The notes: generated by a model not told the origin, from the sequence alone. Shown: positions 48,917 through 59,765, numbered from the stretch's first letter. The stretch: 64,000 nucleotides of DNA from Dehalococcoidia bacterium (GCA_963665775.2 CAXXTF010000002.1:224001-288000), one strand, 5' to 3'. Numbers and translations are program-made.

Positions 48917-49361
48917 CGGCAGTTCCACTCTGAGACTCCTTCAGCAACCCAGGGTAGCGGGCAGGGCGGGGCAAAGGAGGAGAAGGGACGAGATGAACGC
49001 CAGGCTCGGTCAGGCGATGTCTCAACGCTGGCCCATTACCTGATTGAGTCATCCCTCCAGATACGGATGGGATTTTGGCACCCCACAGGCCTCCTACGTC
49101 AACGATGTTCCTCAAACCTAGTATGGCTCGTTGATCCCTGCGCGGGGCGCGGTGCTAACGTCGCCCGCCGCCAGCCTGACGGAACTTGGCGACTGGTCAT
49201 TCACCACGACCTCGGTACGGATTGATCCAGCTTCTGCCGGCTGCTACCCTAGCACCGCTAGTGCTAGTTGGGGGAGCCCGATGCGGCTATTCGTCGACAA
49301 TGACCTGAATTGGCCAGGCGAATCGGTGGCCTATACTGGCTTTGCACAATAAACCCCGTTT

Positions 49362-50594
49362 TCAGGCTACTTTCTGTGCAAGACCGAGTTGTGCACAAAA
49401 ATTAGGTTCGACTCCAAACTCGTGAATCGCTTGGATCAGCACGCAGATATTATGGCATAGAACCTTACAGAGGACTTCGTTGACCATGCCGCTGTCGCTC
49501 TTGCTGCGGACCGAATCTCCGAATTTTGCCTTGCACATCGAGAACACCGTCTCCACATTGGAACGACGGTGGTAATGAGTCATAAACGCTTCCCGGTTAA
49601 GCATAAAGTAATGGTACATGCGGCCCCACGCCGAGTTTTCCGTGGTCGGGAGCGTATTGCTCTTGAACGGAACGAACGGCGTTGCGTCAATGGTCTCGAC
49701 CGCTGCCAAGTTCTTGTGGCTCAGGTACGCCTTGTCCGCCGAGATTTCGGACATGTGAAAGTTCCTGGCGGTCTGCTCCAAGAGAGGCACGAAGTAGGTG
49801 GTATCGTGAGCTTCCCATCCGCTCACATCGACGCTGGTGACAATATGCGTGTTGACTCCGCACATCAGATGCACCTTGACCCACTCGCGGTTGTCGATGT
49901 CTCGCCCGTACTTTTTGTTGTACCAGCGGATGAAGCGGGACGTGGTGAAACCGCTAGAGTCAATGGCGAATTGAGTCTCCACGGCTTTGAGCGGGAGGCT
50001 GCTTACGGTGACCAAGTGCTTGAGGATCGGTGTCATATCGGGATTGGAAAGGTAGTTTGTGACCGAGTTGAAGTGAGGAGTGCTGGCGACCAGGCCCTCA
50101 GGTTTAGCGTCCCGAAGGTCGCTGGTAAAACGTCGGGAAGAGAAGCCGGTGTAAACCTTGTAGGCCGAAGCAAAGAGCATGTCTGCCAGCGGGAGTGCTG
50201 GACGGCCTCTGCCTTCGTGGATAGGCTGCTGGATACCCCTACAGAGATCAGCCAACAGGACGCCGAACCGAGTCTTTTCCTCGGATTGCGCTGCATTGTA
50301 AGCCGTCCAGTTCTGAGGGTAAGTCTTGCGCGTGACCTTGGTCACCCGGACCGCTTCAGTCTCCGTAACCATTCCGTTCTCGTCAGTCTCGCGCTCCATG
50401 ACATACTCGACCGCCCACAGGTGCTTGCACTTCACTTGGCGGGTTTCATGATCGGGGCACGAACATCGGAGCCCAGGTATAACGGTGTACCTCTCGCCGT
50501 CCTTGGCTTGAGACGGCACCAACCAGGTATCATCCTGTCTACGTATCCTGCTCTTAGCCGCTATCTCCAATCCTCTTTGCTGCCTAGCGTCCAT
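49362..50594 (-). CDS. IS4/IS5-superfamily-type DDE transposase with N-terminal SWIM zinc finger
   Basis: CSCPD..CKH; IDSSG, KVH, ADKAY, YHRRSNVETVFS. Confidence 0.9.
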   Translation of the reverse strand: MDARQQRGLEIAAKSRIRRQDDTWLVPSQAKDGERYTVIPGLRCSCPDHETRQVKCKHLWAVEYVMERETDENGMVTETEAVRVTKVTRKTYPQNWTAYNAAQSEEKTRFGVLLADLCRGIQQPIHEGRGRPALPLADMLFASAYKVYTGFSSRRFTSDLRDAKPEGLVASTPHFNSVTNYLSNPDMTPILKHLVTVSSLPLKAVETQFAIDSSGFTTSRFIRWYNKKYGRDIDNREWVKVHLMCGVNTHIVTSVDVSGWEAHDTTYFVPLLEQTARNFHMSEISADKAYLSHKNLAAVETIDATPFVPFKSNTLPTTENSAWGRMYHYFMLNREAFMTHYHRRSNVETVFSMCKAKFGDSVRSKSDSGMVNEVLCKVLCHNICVLIQAIHEFGVEPNFCAQLGLAQKVA

Positions 50595-50699
50595 GTCTGC
50601 TTCCCCCCTTAACTTACCTAGCAGTATATTACCACCAAGGGCTTGCAATGTCAACCTTGTGAGCATATACTACAAAGGGATTACTACTAGGGGTGCAGA

Positions 50700-50846
50700 A
50701 TGGCCATTATTGCGATGAAAGGGTATGCCTGTGAGCGATGTGAGCATAAGTGGGCACCCAGGGCATTAGGCCAGGAGCCGAAGGTATGCCCGAAGTGCAA
50801 GAGTCCTTATTGGAACACTCCTCGCAAAGCAACCAAGACCGGCTAG
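50700..50846 (+). CDS. 48-aa Zn-ribbon protein
   Basis: MAIIAMKGYACERCEHKW...CPKCKSPYWN; below the ORF-track cutoff. Confidence 0.75.
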   Translation: MAIIAMKGYACERCEHKWAPRALGQEPKVCPKCKSPYWNTPRKATKTG

Positions 50847-50855
50847 GAGGCAAGC

Positions 50856-51731
50856 ATGGCAAAGAAAGGCGAAGAGATGATCTCGTTCCCTGGTGAAATG
50901 GGAATCAACGAGTTCAAAGGAAAGCCAATCCGGAAGGTTTTCGAGGAAGGGGAATGGTTTTTCTCCATTAGCGATGTGGTCGGCGCAATCGTTGAAACCG
51001 ACAGGCCCTCCAGGTATTGGTCAGCCCTCAAGCGCAAGCTGACAAAAGAGGGCTCCGGTCAGTTGTCCGAAAATATCGGACAACTGAAAATGACCGGTCC
51101 AGACGGCAAGGAGTACCCAACTGATGCAGCAAATGCCGAAACAATGTTCCGCATCATCCAGTCTATCGGGTCGCCCAGAGCGGAGCCATTCAAGAGATGG
51201 CTCGCCAAGGTAGCGTTTGAGAGGATTCAGGAATTCCAGAATCCAGAACTCGGCATCCAGAGGGCAATACTCGACTACCAAATTCAAGGACATTCAGACG
51301 ACTGGATAAAAGCGCGTATCCGGACTGTTCTAAGTCGCAAGGAACTAACCAGCGAGTGGGCCAGTCGTAGGGTGACAGAGGGCAAGGAATACGCAGTATT
51401 AACCAACGTGATTTCCCAGGAGACGTTCAATATCGCCATCAAAACGCACAAAGAGGTGAAAGGTCTGGCCAAGGGGCACAATCTTAGAGACCATATGACC
51501 GACATGGAGTTGGTCTTGACCATGCTAGGTGAAACATCTACTGCCGAGCTGGCCCGTGCGAGAGACTCACAAGGATTTAGTGAAAATAAAGAAACTGCTC
51601 ATGCTGGAGGCAAAATTGCTGGTGACGCGAGGGAGAACTTTGAGAGGCAACTGGGCCGACCTGTTGTCTCAAGCAGCAATTTCCTTCCCGAGAGAGGCGA
51701 CCAGAGGCAACTTCCACAAGGTGAGGCATAG
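50856..51731 (+). CDS. Bro-N domain protein
   Basis: IRKV....WFFSISDVV...YWSALKRKL, AEPFKRWLA, NLRDHMT. Confidence 0.88.
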   Translation: MAKKGEEMISFPGEMGINEFKGKPIRKVFEEGEWFFSISDVVGAIVETDRPSRYWSALKRKLTKEGSGQLSENIGQLKMTGPDGKEYPTDAANAETMFRIIQSIGSPRAEPFKRWLAKVAFERIQEFQNPELGIQRAILDYQIQGHSDDWIKARIRTVLSRKELTSEWASRRVTEGKEYAVLTNVISQETFNIAIKTHKEVKGLAKGHNLRDHMTDMELVLTMLGETSTAELARARDSQGFSENKETAHAGGKIAGDARENFERQLGRPVVSSSNFLPERGDQRQLPQGEA

Positions 51732-51737
51732 ACTGGC

Positions 51738-52553
51738 ATGATAATCGAAGCACCGCTAATGCCATCCAGTGAACGCCGTGGGGGCACCCACGCTGCTGCC
51801 ATCCGGTATCCAGGATCGAAATGGAGCCTTGCCGACCGGATCATCGAGCTATTCCGGCCACACTATCATTACGTCGAGCCGTTCTTCGGCTCGGGTGCGG
51901 TGTTCTTCTCAAAGCCGAGAGTCCCCCACGAAGTCATAAACGATAGGAACAGCCAGGCAACCAACCTTTTCTTGGTCCTTCGGGATCAGACCGAGGAACT
52001 ATGTTGGAAGTTGGAAGCTACGCCATGGTCCCGAGACGAATACGACCTATCGCACATCATCACGGCCGACGCCGTTGAGAACGCCCGTCGGTTCGTGGTG
52101 CGTTGCTGGCAGGCTCATGGAAGCGACCTCGCTAAGAAAACCGGCTGGAAGAACCGTGGCCCGAGTCAGCGGGCAGGGGGAATGTCTCACCGATGGAATA
52201 AGGTTCCTGAACAGCTACGAAGGCTAGCTGATCGGCTGAAAGACGCCGAGATTGAGAATCGTGATGCTCTTGAGGTTATTGAGCGACATGCTGCGGAGGA
52301 TTGCCTAATTTACGCCGACCCACCCTATCCGCACTGCGTCCGAACTCAACACATGTACAGCGATGAGATGGACGACGACGCCCACATATTGCTACTGAAG
52401 GCACTTCTCGCGCACCCCGGCCCCGTGGTGGTGAGCGGCTACGGCAACGAGATATACGACGATATGCTCAGCGGATGGAGCCGCGTCGCTATGAAACCAC
52501 CCAAGGTAGAGAAACAGGCAGTTCGGCTTGAAGTCCTTTGGGTGAAGCCGTAG
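51738..52553 (+). CDS. DNA adenine methyltransferase (Dam/D12 class)
   Basis: YPGSK, YVEPFFGSG, IND and DPPY motifs. Confidence 0.92.
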   Translation: MIIEAPLMPSSERRGGTHAAAIRYPGSKWSLADRIIELFRPHYHYVEPFFGSGAVFFSKPRVPHEVINDRNSQATNLFLVLRDQTEELCWKLEATPWSRDEYDLSHIITADAVENARRFVVRCWQAHGSDLAKKTGWKNRGPSQRAGGMSHRWNKVPEQLRRLADRLKDAEIENRDALEVIERHAAEDCLIYADPPYPHCVRTQHMYSDEMDDDAHILLLKALLAHPGPVVVSGYGNEIYDDMLSGWSRVAMKPPKVEKQAVRLEVLWVKP

Positions 52554-52558
52554 GCAAG

Positions 52559-53320
52559 CTATTTAGGCCAGAGAGCCTTGAAGTAATTCTGAGCCTTGGC
52601 AAGGGGAGACATGATGGGAGCAACCTCTAGACAGAACGTTTCGGTTACCCAGTCGGCCCAAGACAGTAGCGGGAAGTATTTCAACTGCCCACCGGAATTC
52701 ATGTAGCACTGCCAGAGCCGGTGGCGTCGTCCTCCGTCGTCAATGTAGCCGTTGAGCGAAGCCCCTTCAAAGAGCCAATCTACGGCACCCTTCGGATCGG
52801 CGATCTTTAGGTTGATCGGGAAGCAAAGGACTTGAAACTTTCGCCATTTCGCGTCGTGAGCGAGCACGCTATATCGGCTGCCAGCAATGTCTATTGAGTC
52901 CGCAACCGCCGTTTGCCAACCCGATACAAGGTCCACGATGGCGGGTCCGGCGAGCGTCGGATCAGTGGCCCAATTGATCTGGAGAGCAAGAAGATGCTTC
53001 CTGAACGTAGCGGCTGCGTTTGAAAGCTCCATGAAGCTGGACAGGTTCTTGGGTGGTTGCATCGCAGTCATCTTGCAGGAGATACCGAATGGCTTGCCCT
53101 CTGCCTGGATCAAGACATCAAATATCCCCTTATCCTCGGGCGTGGTGCCCTCAAGCACAGCAGCTAATGCCCGCTCGTAATCACGGAACCCAGGCATTGA
53201 CCCGCCAGCCTTTAAGGTTACCTGGCCGCTCCCGTCCCTGAAACTACTCAGGGTGAGGCGCAGCCTCTCTAGTTCCCGGCCGTTGAGGGGTCGATCCTTG
53301 TAGGGAGCGTACACGCACAA
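52559..53320 (-). CDS. Putative restriction endonuclease (PD-(D/E)xK-like)
   Basis: Convergent with the MTase; DYE...FDV...ISCK pattern; function inferred. Confidence 0.5.
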   Translation of the reverse strand: MCVYAPYKDRPLNGRELERLRLTLSSFRDGSGQVTLKAGGSMPGFRDYERALAAVLEGTTPEDKGIFDVLIQAEGKPFGISCKMTAMQPPKNLSSFMELSNAAATFRKHLLALQINWATDPTLAGPAIVDLVSGWQTAVADSIDIAGSRYSVLAHDAKWRKFQVLCFPINLKIADPKGAVDWLFEGASLNGYIDDGGRRHRLWQCYMNSGGQLKYFPLLSWADWVTETFCLEVAPIMSPLAKAQNYFKALWPK

Positions 53321-53595
53321 ATACTACCCGTCGCAGAGTTTTTGTCCAAGGCCGCCGTTCCCATTAAGAATTATTTGTGCAGACCGTTGATTATTTGTGC
53401 AGGACGCCTTTTATGTGCAAAGCCGCCTATACTGTTATCATTGCACCAGCAGGCAGGGCATTCGACATCCTTTCCTATCCTGACGAGTGCTGCGATCTGC
53501 CTCTGGGGGGAGATGATCCCAAAGGTATCTCAGAGGCCAGTCGGGGCCGCCGGAGAGGTCGAGCGGGAAGCTAGTCAGGCGCGAGTAATGTAGTC

Positions 53596-56106
53596 ATGGC
53601 GGAACTGAATTGGGCACCAGCGTCTCCTTGGAAGACACGGGTTAGCCGGCTAATCGGCCGCTACCTGAGCTGGGAGGACTGGCTTACACTCGGCTTATGC
53701 CTCGGGACGGTGCTGAGCGTATCGCTATCGCTGGAGGCAGCCAACTGGTCCCGCGTCATGCCTGCCTTAGCGGAGGTGGGCGCGCTGGCGCTGCTGGCGT
53801 CGCTGGTACTTGCCCGCTCACCCCTTTCGGCTTTACGGGCCTGGCCGATGGCGGCGTTGGCAGGCATGGCCGTGGCTTTCTGGCAGGCGATGATGATGGT
53901 AGGGCCCGGCAGCCTGGCTGAGCGGCTGGACGCCATCCATTTCCGTTTTCAGGCGTGGTTCGAGCTGGCGTATACCAGCGGCATCACTAACGACTCGCTC
54001 CCCTTCAACGTGTCGGTTGTCGGCTACGTTTGGATGGGGGTGTTCCTGTTCGGATGGAGCCTCTTCCGCTGGCACAATCCCTGGCTGGGACTGATCCCCG
54101 GCGCTGTAGCGCTGGCTGTCGTCATGGTGCATGCCGGTCAGTCGCAGCCCATCGCCATCTTCTTCTACGTCCTGTTTGGTCTGCTGTTGGTGATGCGGTC
54201 GAACTTGACGGCGCTGATTGGCTGGTGGCGGGCCGAGGGAGTGACGTATCCACCTCTAATCAGCCTCTCCTTTATGCGCTTCACGGTCTTAGCAGTGCTG
54301 CTCCTGATGCTGGTAGCCTGGATCGCACCGGTACGCTCCATCCCCCCACCGAACCTACCGGACTCCCTCGTACGCCAGTTTGACTGGATCGGTATTCAGT
54401 TCGAGGGGCTGACCGGCCCCTTGCGCGGCAAGAGGCAGATCGTACCGGTCCACAGCTACGCGCCTGTGCTTCGTTTTCAGCGCAGCATCTTCCAGGGCGG
54501 CGTCGGCGCGAGCGACCGGGAGCTGCTGTCGGTGACGACGGACATTCCGTCGTTGGAGGGTCCCTTTCTCCTGCGGGGAGCCGTTTACGGTGAGTACGCC
54601 GTCGGCGGCTGGAAGGCCGGGCCTAGCCAACCGGTAGCGCCACCCTCGGATATGGAAGCACGTGTCCGGGAGCGCTTGGAGGATGGTTCCTTGGAGGGGC
54701 AGCTCGTCTCCCTGATGGTGACCGTGGAGGCCAAAAGCGTGGTGGGGACGGTGCTCTTCTCATTGGGCCAACCGGTAGCGGCCGATGTCGCTTCGCGGAT
54801 CACGGCGCCAGAAGGCAGCCTGCGCACGTCAACCATATTCATCCCGGAGAGGGAGCCTGTCCCATTAACCGATGAAGAGATCCTGACGTGGGTGCCTGAG
54901 GATGCCATCGGCTTCACCCTGGACAGCTCCGGCCAGCGCTTGTCCGTGCAATTGATCAATGATCCGAAAGCAGCCCTCATTGATACGCTGGTGATGAGGC
55001 CGGATGAGCCCCTAGCCGAGGGTGAGTCGTACGAGGTACTGGGGCTGGTTCAGGCTGCGTCGCCGGATGATCTGGTGGATGCTGGGCAGGCCTACCCCTC
55101 ATGGGTGACGGATCAGTACCTCCAGTTGCCGGCAAGCCTTCCCAGCCGAGTGGGGCTGTTCGCTTACGATATCGCCGTGTCGGCTCAATCCTGCGATGAC
55201 TCGGCCTCCCCCCTCTTCGGGAATCCCTGCACCGATGAGGTGACGCCTTATGACCGCGCGAAAGCGATCGAATCGTACTTGCGTCAGTTGCCGGTGGCGG
55301 GCACAGCCGGCGACATACCGCCGGGCGTGGACCCAGTGGACTACTTCCTGTTCGAGTCTCAGGGCGGGCATTTTGACCTGCACGCCTCGGCCATGGTCGT
55401 GCTGTTGCGTGCCGTGGGTGTGCCGGCGCGGATAGCTGTCGGCTTCGTCCTAGATGAGGAGGACTTGGACCCCAGGTCGGGCGTCTATGTGGTGCGGGAT
55501 AGCAATGCCTACGTCTGGGCAGAGGTGTATTTCCCCGATCACGGCTGGATCCCATTCAGCCCCGCGCCAGACCGCCCAGCAGTGCTTATTCCAGAGCTCG
55601 GCGAGATCCCGGAATTGGATGAAGTCCTAGACGATCCTTTGGACTTCCTCGAAGATCTCCTTTTCGAATTCGACAATCCGTCCGGACCGGAGGTCGAGCT
55701 CCTCGATACGAGCGGGTCCGGCTCCGGCACTGGCTACACCACATTGATCGTTTTGGGGATTGCCGCCTTGGTGGCGGCGGTCGTAGGCAGCCTGGCATTC
55801 GGCTGGCAGAGGTTGGTGGTTGGCCTGCCGTATCCGCAGCAGGTATGGGAGAAGACGGTACGTCTCTCCTCCTGGGCGGGGCGGCCGCCGCAGTCCGGCC
55901 AGACGCCGAGCGAGTTCACCGCTCACCTGAAACACACGACGCGGGAGGTGTCAGACATTTCGGCTCTAGCTGACGCCTACAACCGCTCCCGATTTGGGAA
56001 CCGCGAGCCGAGCGGCGAGGAGAACGAGCGTCTGCGCCAGCTCTGGCCCCACCTGCGCGCGTCCTTGCTGAAGAATATCATCGGTCGGGCCTGGCGCCGT
56101 CGCTGA
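53596..56106 (+). CDS. Transglutaminase-like (TgpA-type) multi-pass membrane protein
   Basis: N-terminal TMs; DYFLFE..G....ASAM.VLLR..GVPAR.A.GF; WAEVYFP..GW. Confidence 0.88.
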   Translation: MAELNWAPASPWKTRVSRLIGRYLSWEDWLTLGLCLGTVLSVSLSLEAANWSRVMPALAEVGALALLASLVLARSPLSALRAWPMAALAGMAVAFWQAMMMVGPGSLAERLDAIHFRFQAWFELAYTSGITNDSLPFNVSVVGYVWMGVFLFGWSLFRWHNPWLGLIPGAVALAVVMVHAGQSQPIAIFFYVLFGLLLVMRSNLTALIGWWRAEGVTYPPLISLSFMRFTVLAVLLLMLVAWIAPVRSIPPPNLPDSLVRQFDWIGIQFEGLTGPLRGKRQIVPVHSYAPVLRFQRSIFQGGVGASDRELLSVTTDIPSLEGPFLLRGAVYGEYAVGGWKAGPSQPVAPPSDMEARVRERLEDGSLEGQLVSLMVTVEAKSVVGTVLFSLGQPVAADVASRITAPEGSLRTSTIFIPEREPVPLTDEEILTWVPEDAIGFTLDSSGQRLSVQLINDPKAALIDTLVMRPDEPLAEGESYEVLGLVQAASPDDLVDAGQAYPSWVTDQYLQLPASLPSRVGLFAYDIAVSAQSCDDSASPLFGNPCTDEVTPYDRAKAIESYLRQLPVAGTAGDIPPGVDPVDYFLFESQGGHFDLHASAMVVLLRAVGVPARIAVGFVLDEEDLDPRSGVYVVRDSNAYVWAEVYFPDHGWIPFSPAPDRPAVLIPELGEIPELDEVLDDPLDFLEDLLFEFDNPSGPEVELLDTSGSGSGTGYTTLIVLGIAALVAAVVGSLAFGWQRLVVGLPYPQQVWEKTVRLSSWAGRPPQSGQTPSEFTAHLKHTTREVSDISALADAYNRSRFGNREPSGEENERLRQLWPHLRASLLKNIIGRAWRRR

Positions 56107-56351
56107 GCCAGGGACTGCCGCTAGATCGCCCCCCGCCCCGCCTGAGGTCGAAATCCCGGCTGGTTCGAGTGGTCTAATCCCGCTTGGCCGTGTCACTCGT
56201 CAGTGTTTCGGCACGGCCGAGTGTGGAGGTGTCTCGGTAGGCGGAGCGGTGGACGGTTTCGCTATGCCGGCGCTGGGCGCGTTGCTATCATTTGGGACAT
56301 GAAAAGCGCTTCGCTCAGGATAGACATGGGTTGTTCGTGCAGCGGGCGGGA

Positions 56352-57720
56352 TTATGGCCCCGCTTGGGCACGGGCCAGGCCGTAGATGGCGTTGTCAAAC
56401 GTGAGAACCAGGATTTCTCCATCCGGTAGCTCGGCGAAGGACGAGATGGAGGCGCCTGAGTGTACCAGGAGGATGGCTGGGCTCGTGTCGCTGGCAGTGT
56501 CGAAGGCCCATATCTTTCCGCTGCAGAAGTCGCCGTAAACGTACCAGCCGTTCAGCTCTGGCATCTCCGAGCCCCGGTAGACGAAGCCGCCGATGATCGC
56601 GGTGCAGACCTCCTGGCCGTGGCCGTAGGCGGCGCGAGGGAGGATGTAGGGCGTCTTGTCACAGGCGTCCGCCGCGACGCCGAAGCAGGTGGGGCCTTCC
56701 ATAACGTTCCAGCCGTAATTCCCTCCCCTTACCACCTGGTCCACCTCTTCCCATCGGGCGAATCCGACGTCCGCTGCCCAGATATTCCCGGTCTCTCGAT
56801 CGAAGCTGAAGCGCCAGGGGTTACGGAAGCCGTGGGCGTAGATTTCGTCCGCATTGCCGCCCGGGCCGTCGGCGAAGGGGTTGCCTGCCGGGATTGTGTA
56901 GCCGCCGTCGCCTGAGACGTCGAGCCGGAGGATGGAGCCGAGGAGCGTCTGGAGGTTTTGGCCGCGGCCATCCGGGTCACTGACGGCGCTGTCGGTGCCG
57001 CCATCACCCATGGCCACATAGAGATATCCGTCCGGTCCGAAGGCGAGCTGGCCACCGTTGTGCCACCAGAATCTATCGTCCAGATCGATGAGGATCTCCT
57101 CGCTGGCCATGCTGAGCACACCGTCGACCACCTGGAAGCGAGAGACGATCATACGGGTCTTGAACTCGTCGGAGCGGGGAGGGGCGTTGTAGAAGATGTA
57201 TACTCGGCTGTCGCTGGCGAACTCCGGGGAGAAGGCGATGCTCAGCAAGCCTTCCTCACCTCCCCCTTCTCCTATCCCTGTTATGACCTTCTGGGACAGA
57301 TCCCCGAACAGGATCGGGGAGAAGGCCCCGCTGAGGGAGACGTGCTAGAGGAAGCCGATCTGGGTAATGACCACGGCTTCGTCCGGTGAACCAGGTATCG
57401 GTGTCACCCCCAGCATCCGATCGAACGTCGCCGTAGTGACGGCCGGGGCGAGCTGGTAGGCGCCCTCCTCCGGCGGGGAGTTTGGGGTGGGCGTAGGGGT
57501 TGGATCCGCTGTCGGCGTGGGATCCGGTGTTGGTGTGGGCGTAGGCGTCACCGTCACCGTAGGCGTACCCATCGGCGTGGGCATTGCTGTCGTCAGAGGT
57601 GTGGGGATAGGTGTGGCCGTGGCTGACGGGAGTGGGTCTGTGCCAGTCCCGCCGCAGGCTGCGCCGACCAACAGGCCGACCAGGGCCAGGGAGGCGAAAA
57701 GCAGGAGAGGCGATCGTAGG
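56352..57720 (-). pseudogene. PQQ-dependent glucose/sorbosone dehydrogenase lipoprotein with in-frame TAG at 57345-57347
   Basis: EEGLLSIAF.P, HNGG, GDGG and GFRNPWRF; the two ORFs are in frame across the stop; no clear start. Confidence 0.8.
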
Positions 57721-57886
57721 TGTTTATGGCGCCCTCCACTCGTTGATCCCCCGAACTTGCGAGTTCATCTGATCGGTAGGCCACCGACTGTCGCGCCGCT
57801 ATCGTCGCCGGTTGTCGGCTCACCGTTTTCTAGGACGAGATGTAGTAAGCTTCTTTCCAAACGAGACGGGCCACGCGGAGGTCGAG

Positions 57887-58366
57887 ATGGCTTTGAGCTA
57901 CAGGAGAGGGATGGAGCTAGTCCTCTATGACGAGAGCCTGTTTGCCTGGAGAGAATCGGTGGAAGCCCTTGAGCAGAGCGAGTGGCTTCTAAGCTGGGCC
58001 CTGCGTGTCATCAGGGCGACGGTCAAGCTCTCGACGCCCTTTTGGATTATCGCGACCCTTATCAGCGTCGGCCTATCGCCGTTGCTCCAGCCGACTCGGG
58101 GGCTGGCGTTCCTCCCGCTTCACTGGCTCGTGCTAACGCCGCTACTGGGCATCGTTCTCTTGACGAGCGATCTGTGGACGCGGATGCCGCCGGCAAGGCC
58201 CCTGCTGCTGTTTGTGGGGTGTTTCAGTGTCGCGTCTGCTATGGTGATGATATCCCTGATACCGGATGACCCCGGCGTGCGTCGTGCGAAGCACATTCTC
58301 TGCGAGCTGTGGCCGTTCAGTCAGCGCCGCCTTCAGTGGATTGCGGAGCACGGCAGCGGGAAGTAG
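57887..58366 (+). CDS. Hypothetical membrane protein
   Basis: GGAGG RBS; hydrophobic helices. Confidence 0.6.
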   Translation: MALSYRRGMELVLYDESLFAWRESVEALEQSEWLLSWALRVIRATVKLSTPFWIIATLISVGLSPLLQPTRGLAFLPLHWLVLTPLLGIVLLTSDLWTRMPPARPLLLFVGCFSVASAMVMISLIPDDPGVRRAKHILCELWPFSQRRLQWIAEHGSGK

Positions 58367-58438
58367 GGCCGAGCCAAGGGATGACTCGGCCCCGGGGATC
58401 AGCTAGGCGCGAACATTAGATAAGGTGACCCGGATGAC

Positions 58439-59419
58439 GTGGCTTCGGATTCAGTGGAGGGTGCCGTGAAGATCGGCTTGATGGTTGAGGGACAGAACAA
58501 CCTTACCTGGGAACGATGGAGCCACATCGTGGCCCTTGCGGACAGGCTCGGGTTTCATTCCCTCTTTCGCTCTGACCATTATTTCATCCGATCGCAGCGT
58601 GACTCGCTCGAGGCATACCTTTCCTTCGTCCTCGCGGCCAGGGAGAGCAGCCGCATACGTTTCGGGCCGCTGGTCACTCCCGTAACGTTCCGCTCGCCCG
58701 TTAACGTGGGCCGGATGGCGGCTCAGATCGACGTGCTGAGCGGAGGGCGATTCGTGATGGGTCTGGGTGCGGGTTGGAATGAGGCCGAACACCGCGCCTA
58801 CGGCATTCCGTTCCCATCGGCAGGGGAACGGCTTGACCGTCTTGAGGAGGCGATCAACCTGATGAAGGCGCTCTGGGCTCCGGGGCGGGCCACGTACCGG
58901 GGCCGCTTCTACCAGATTGAGGAGGCCGACTGCCTCCCCAAGCCGCAACCCGGCCGCCCGCCGATCCTGATCGGCGGTTCCGGCGAGCGTCGTACGTTGC
59001 GCTTGGTGGCGAAGTACGCCAGTGAGTGGAACTGTGTAAACCTGAGTCCGCAGGCATTCGCCGACAAGAGTGCGGTGCTGGAACGGCACTGCGAAGCCGT
59101 CGGGCGCGATCCGAAGAGCATCTCTCGCTCCATGATGACTTTTGGGCTTATCGGTCCCACCAAGGAGAGCATCGATCGGATAACGCGCCGCTTGATGGAG
59201 CTCGTTTCGGCAGGGCCAGAGACGTCGCTGGAGCAGTTCCAGGAGCAGTCCCGGGCTCGCGGTATGGTCGTCGGGCAGCGCGAGGAGGTCTTGGAGTGGC
59301 TCGGCCAACTGGCCGAGCGGGGGCTGCAAGAGGTGATGTTCCAGCATCTCGACTTCGATTCCGACGAGGTGCCGGAGTTCCTCGCTTCCGATATCATGCC
59401 AAGAGTGGCGGACCTTTAG
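58439..59419 (+). CDS. LLM-class (F420-dependent) oxidoreductase
   Basis: FRSDH, SGGRF..GLGAGW...EH, IGGSGE..TLR. Confidence 0.92.
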   Translation: MASDSVEGAVKIGLMVEGQNNLTWERWSHIVALADRLGFHSLFRSDHYFIRSQRDSLEAYLSFVLAARESSRIRFGPLVTPVTFRSPVNVGRMAAQIDVLSGGRFVMGLGAGWNEAEHRAYGIPFPSAGERLDRLEEAINLMKALWAPGRATYRGRFYQIEEADCLPKPQPGRPPILIGGSGERRTLRLVAKYASEWNCVNLSPQAFADKSAVLERHCEAVGRDPKSISRSMMTFGLIGPTKESIDRITRRLMELVSAGPETSLEQFQEQSRARGMVVGQREEVLEWLGQLAERGLQEVMFQHLDFDSDEVPEFLASDIMPRVADL

Positions 59420-59488
59420 GAGCCGCCTCTGCGCCGCGCTTCCCCAAATGGTCGCACCAATGCTAGCCTCTGATACAGGAGGTCGTAG

Positions 59489-59765
59489 ATGGCCATAGAC
59501 AACAGAGGCCTCACGGATGCCGACATAATCGGCTATGTGGAGTCCCTCTTTAACTGGGGCAGATGGGGGTGGCGGGTCTGCACGCCTCCGTGTTGCCTTG
59601 GTTACGCTCGCGGACGGGGACGTGATCGTGCGGGATCGGGAGACCGGATCGACCTGGTCCGGTCTGTCCGGTGAGGCGATCGACGGGCCCCTGGCCGGTC
59701 GTAGGCTGCAACAGCTGCCGACCTTCTACGCCTTCTGGTTCAGCTGGACGGATTTCTTCACCTAG
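59489..59765 (+). pseudogene. Chimeric remnant: cyclase-like N-terminus joined to a DUF3179-like C-terminus
   Basis: NWGRWG after a good RBS; DRETGSTW...GPLAG..L...FWFSW in another frame. Confidence 0.55.

Larger units (their letters stand above)
49338..53424. mobile_element. 4087-bp cargo-carrying DDE transposon
   Basis: 11-bp TIR GGCTTTGCACA at both ends; 9-bp TSD GCCTATACT (49329-49337 and 53425-53433). Confidence 0.92.

Noticed and set aside
49569-50612. Long opposite-strand ORFs (also 5863-6759, 41100-41924, 58451-59347)
   Set aside because: Antisense shadows of well-supported genes in GC-rich DNA, with no recognisable motifs.
57345-57347. Amber recoding (in-frame TAG here and at 34492)
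   Set aside because: Many intact genes in the window end in TAG and no pyl genes are present. At 34492 the paralog has TGG, and a single TGG-to-TAG change would also explain this stop.
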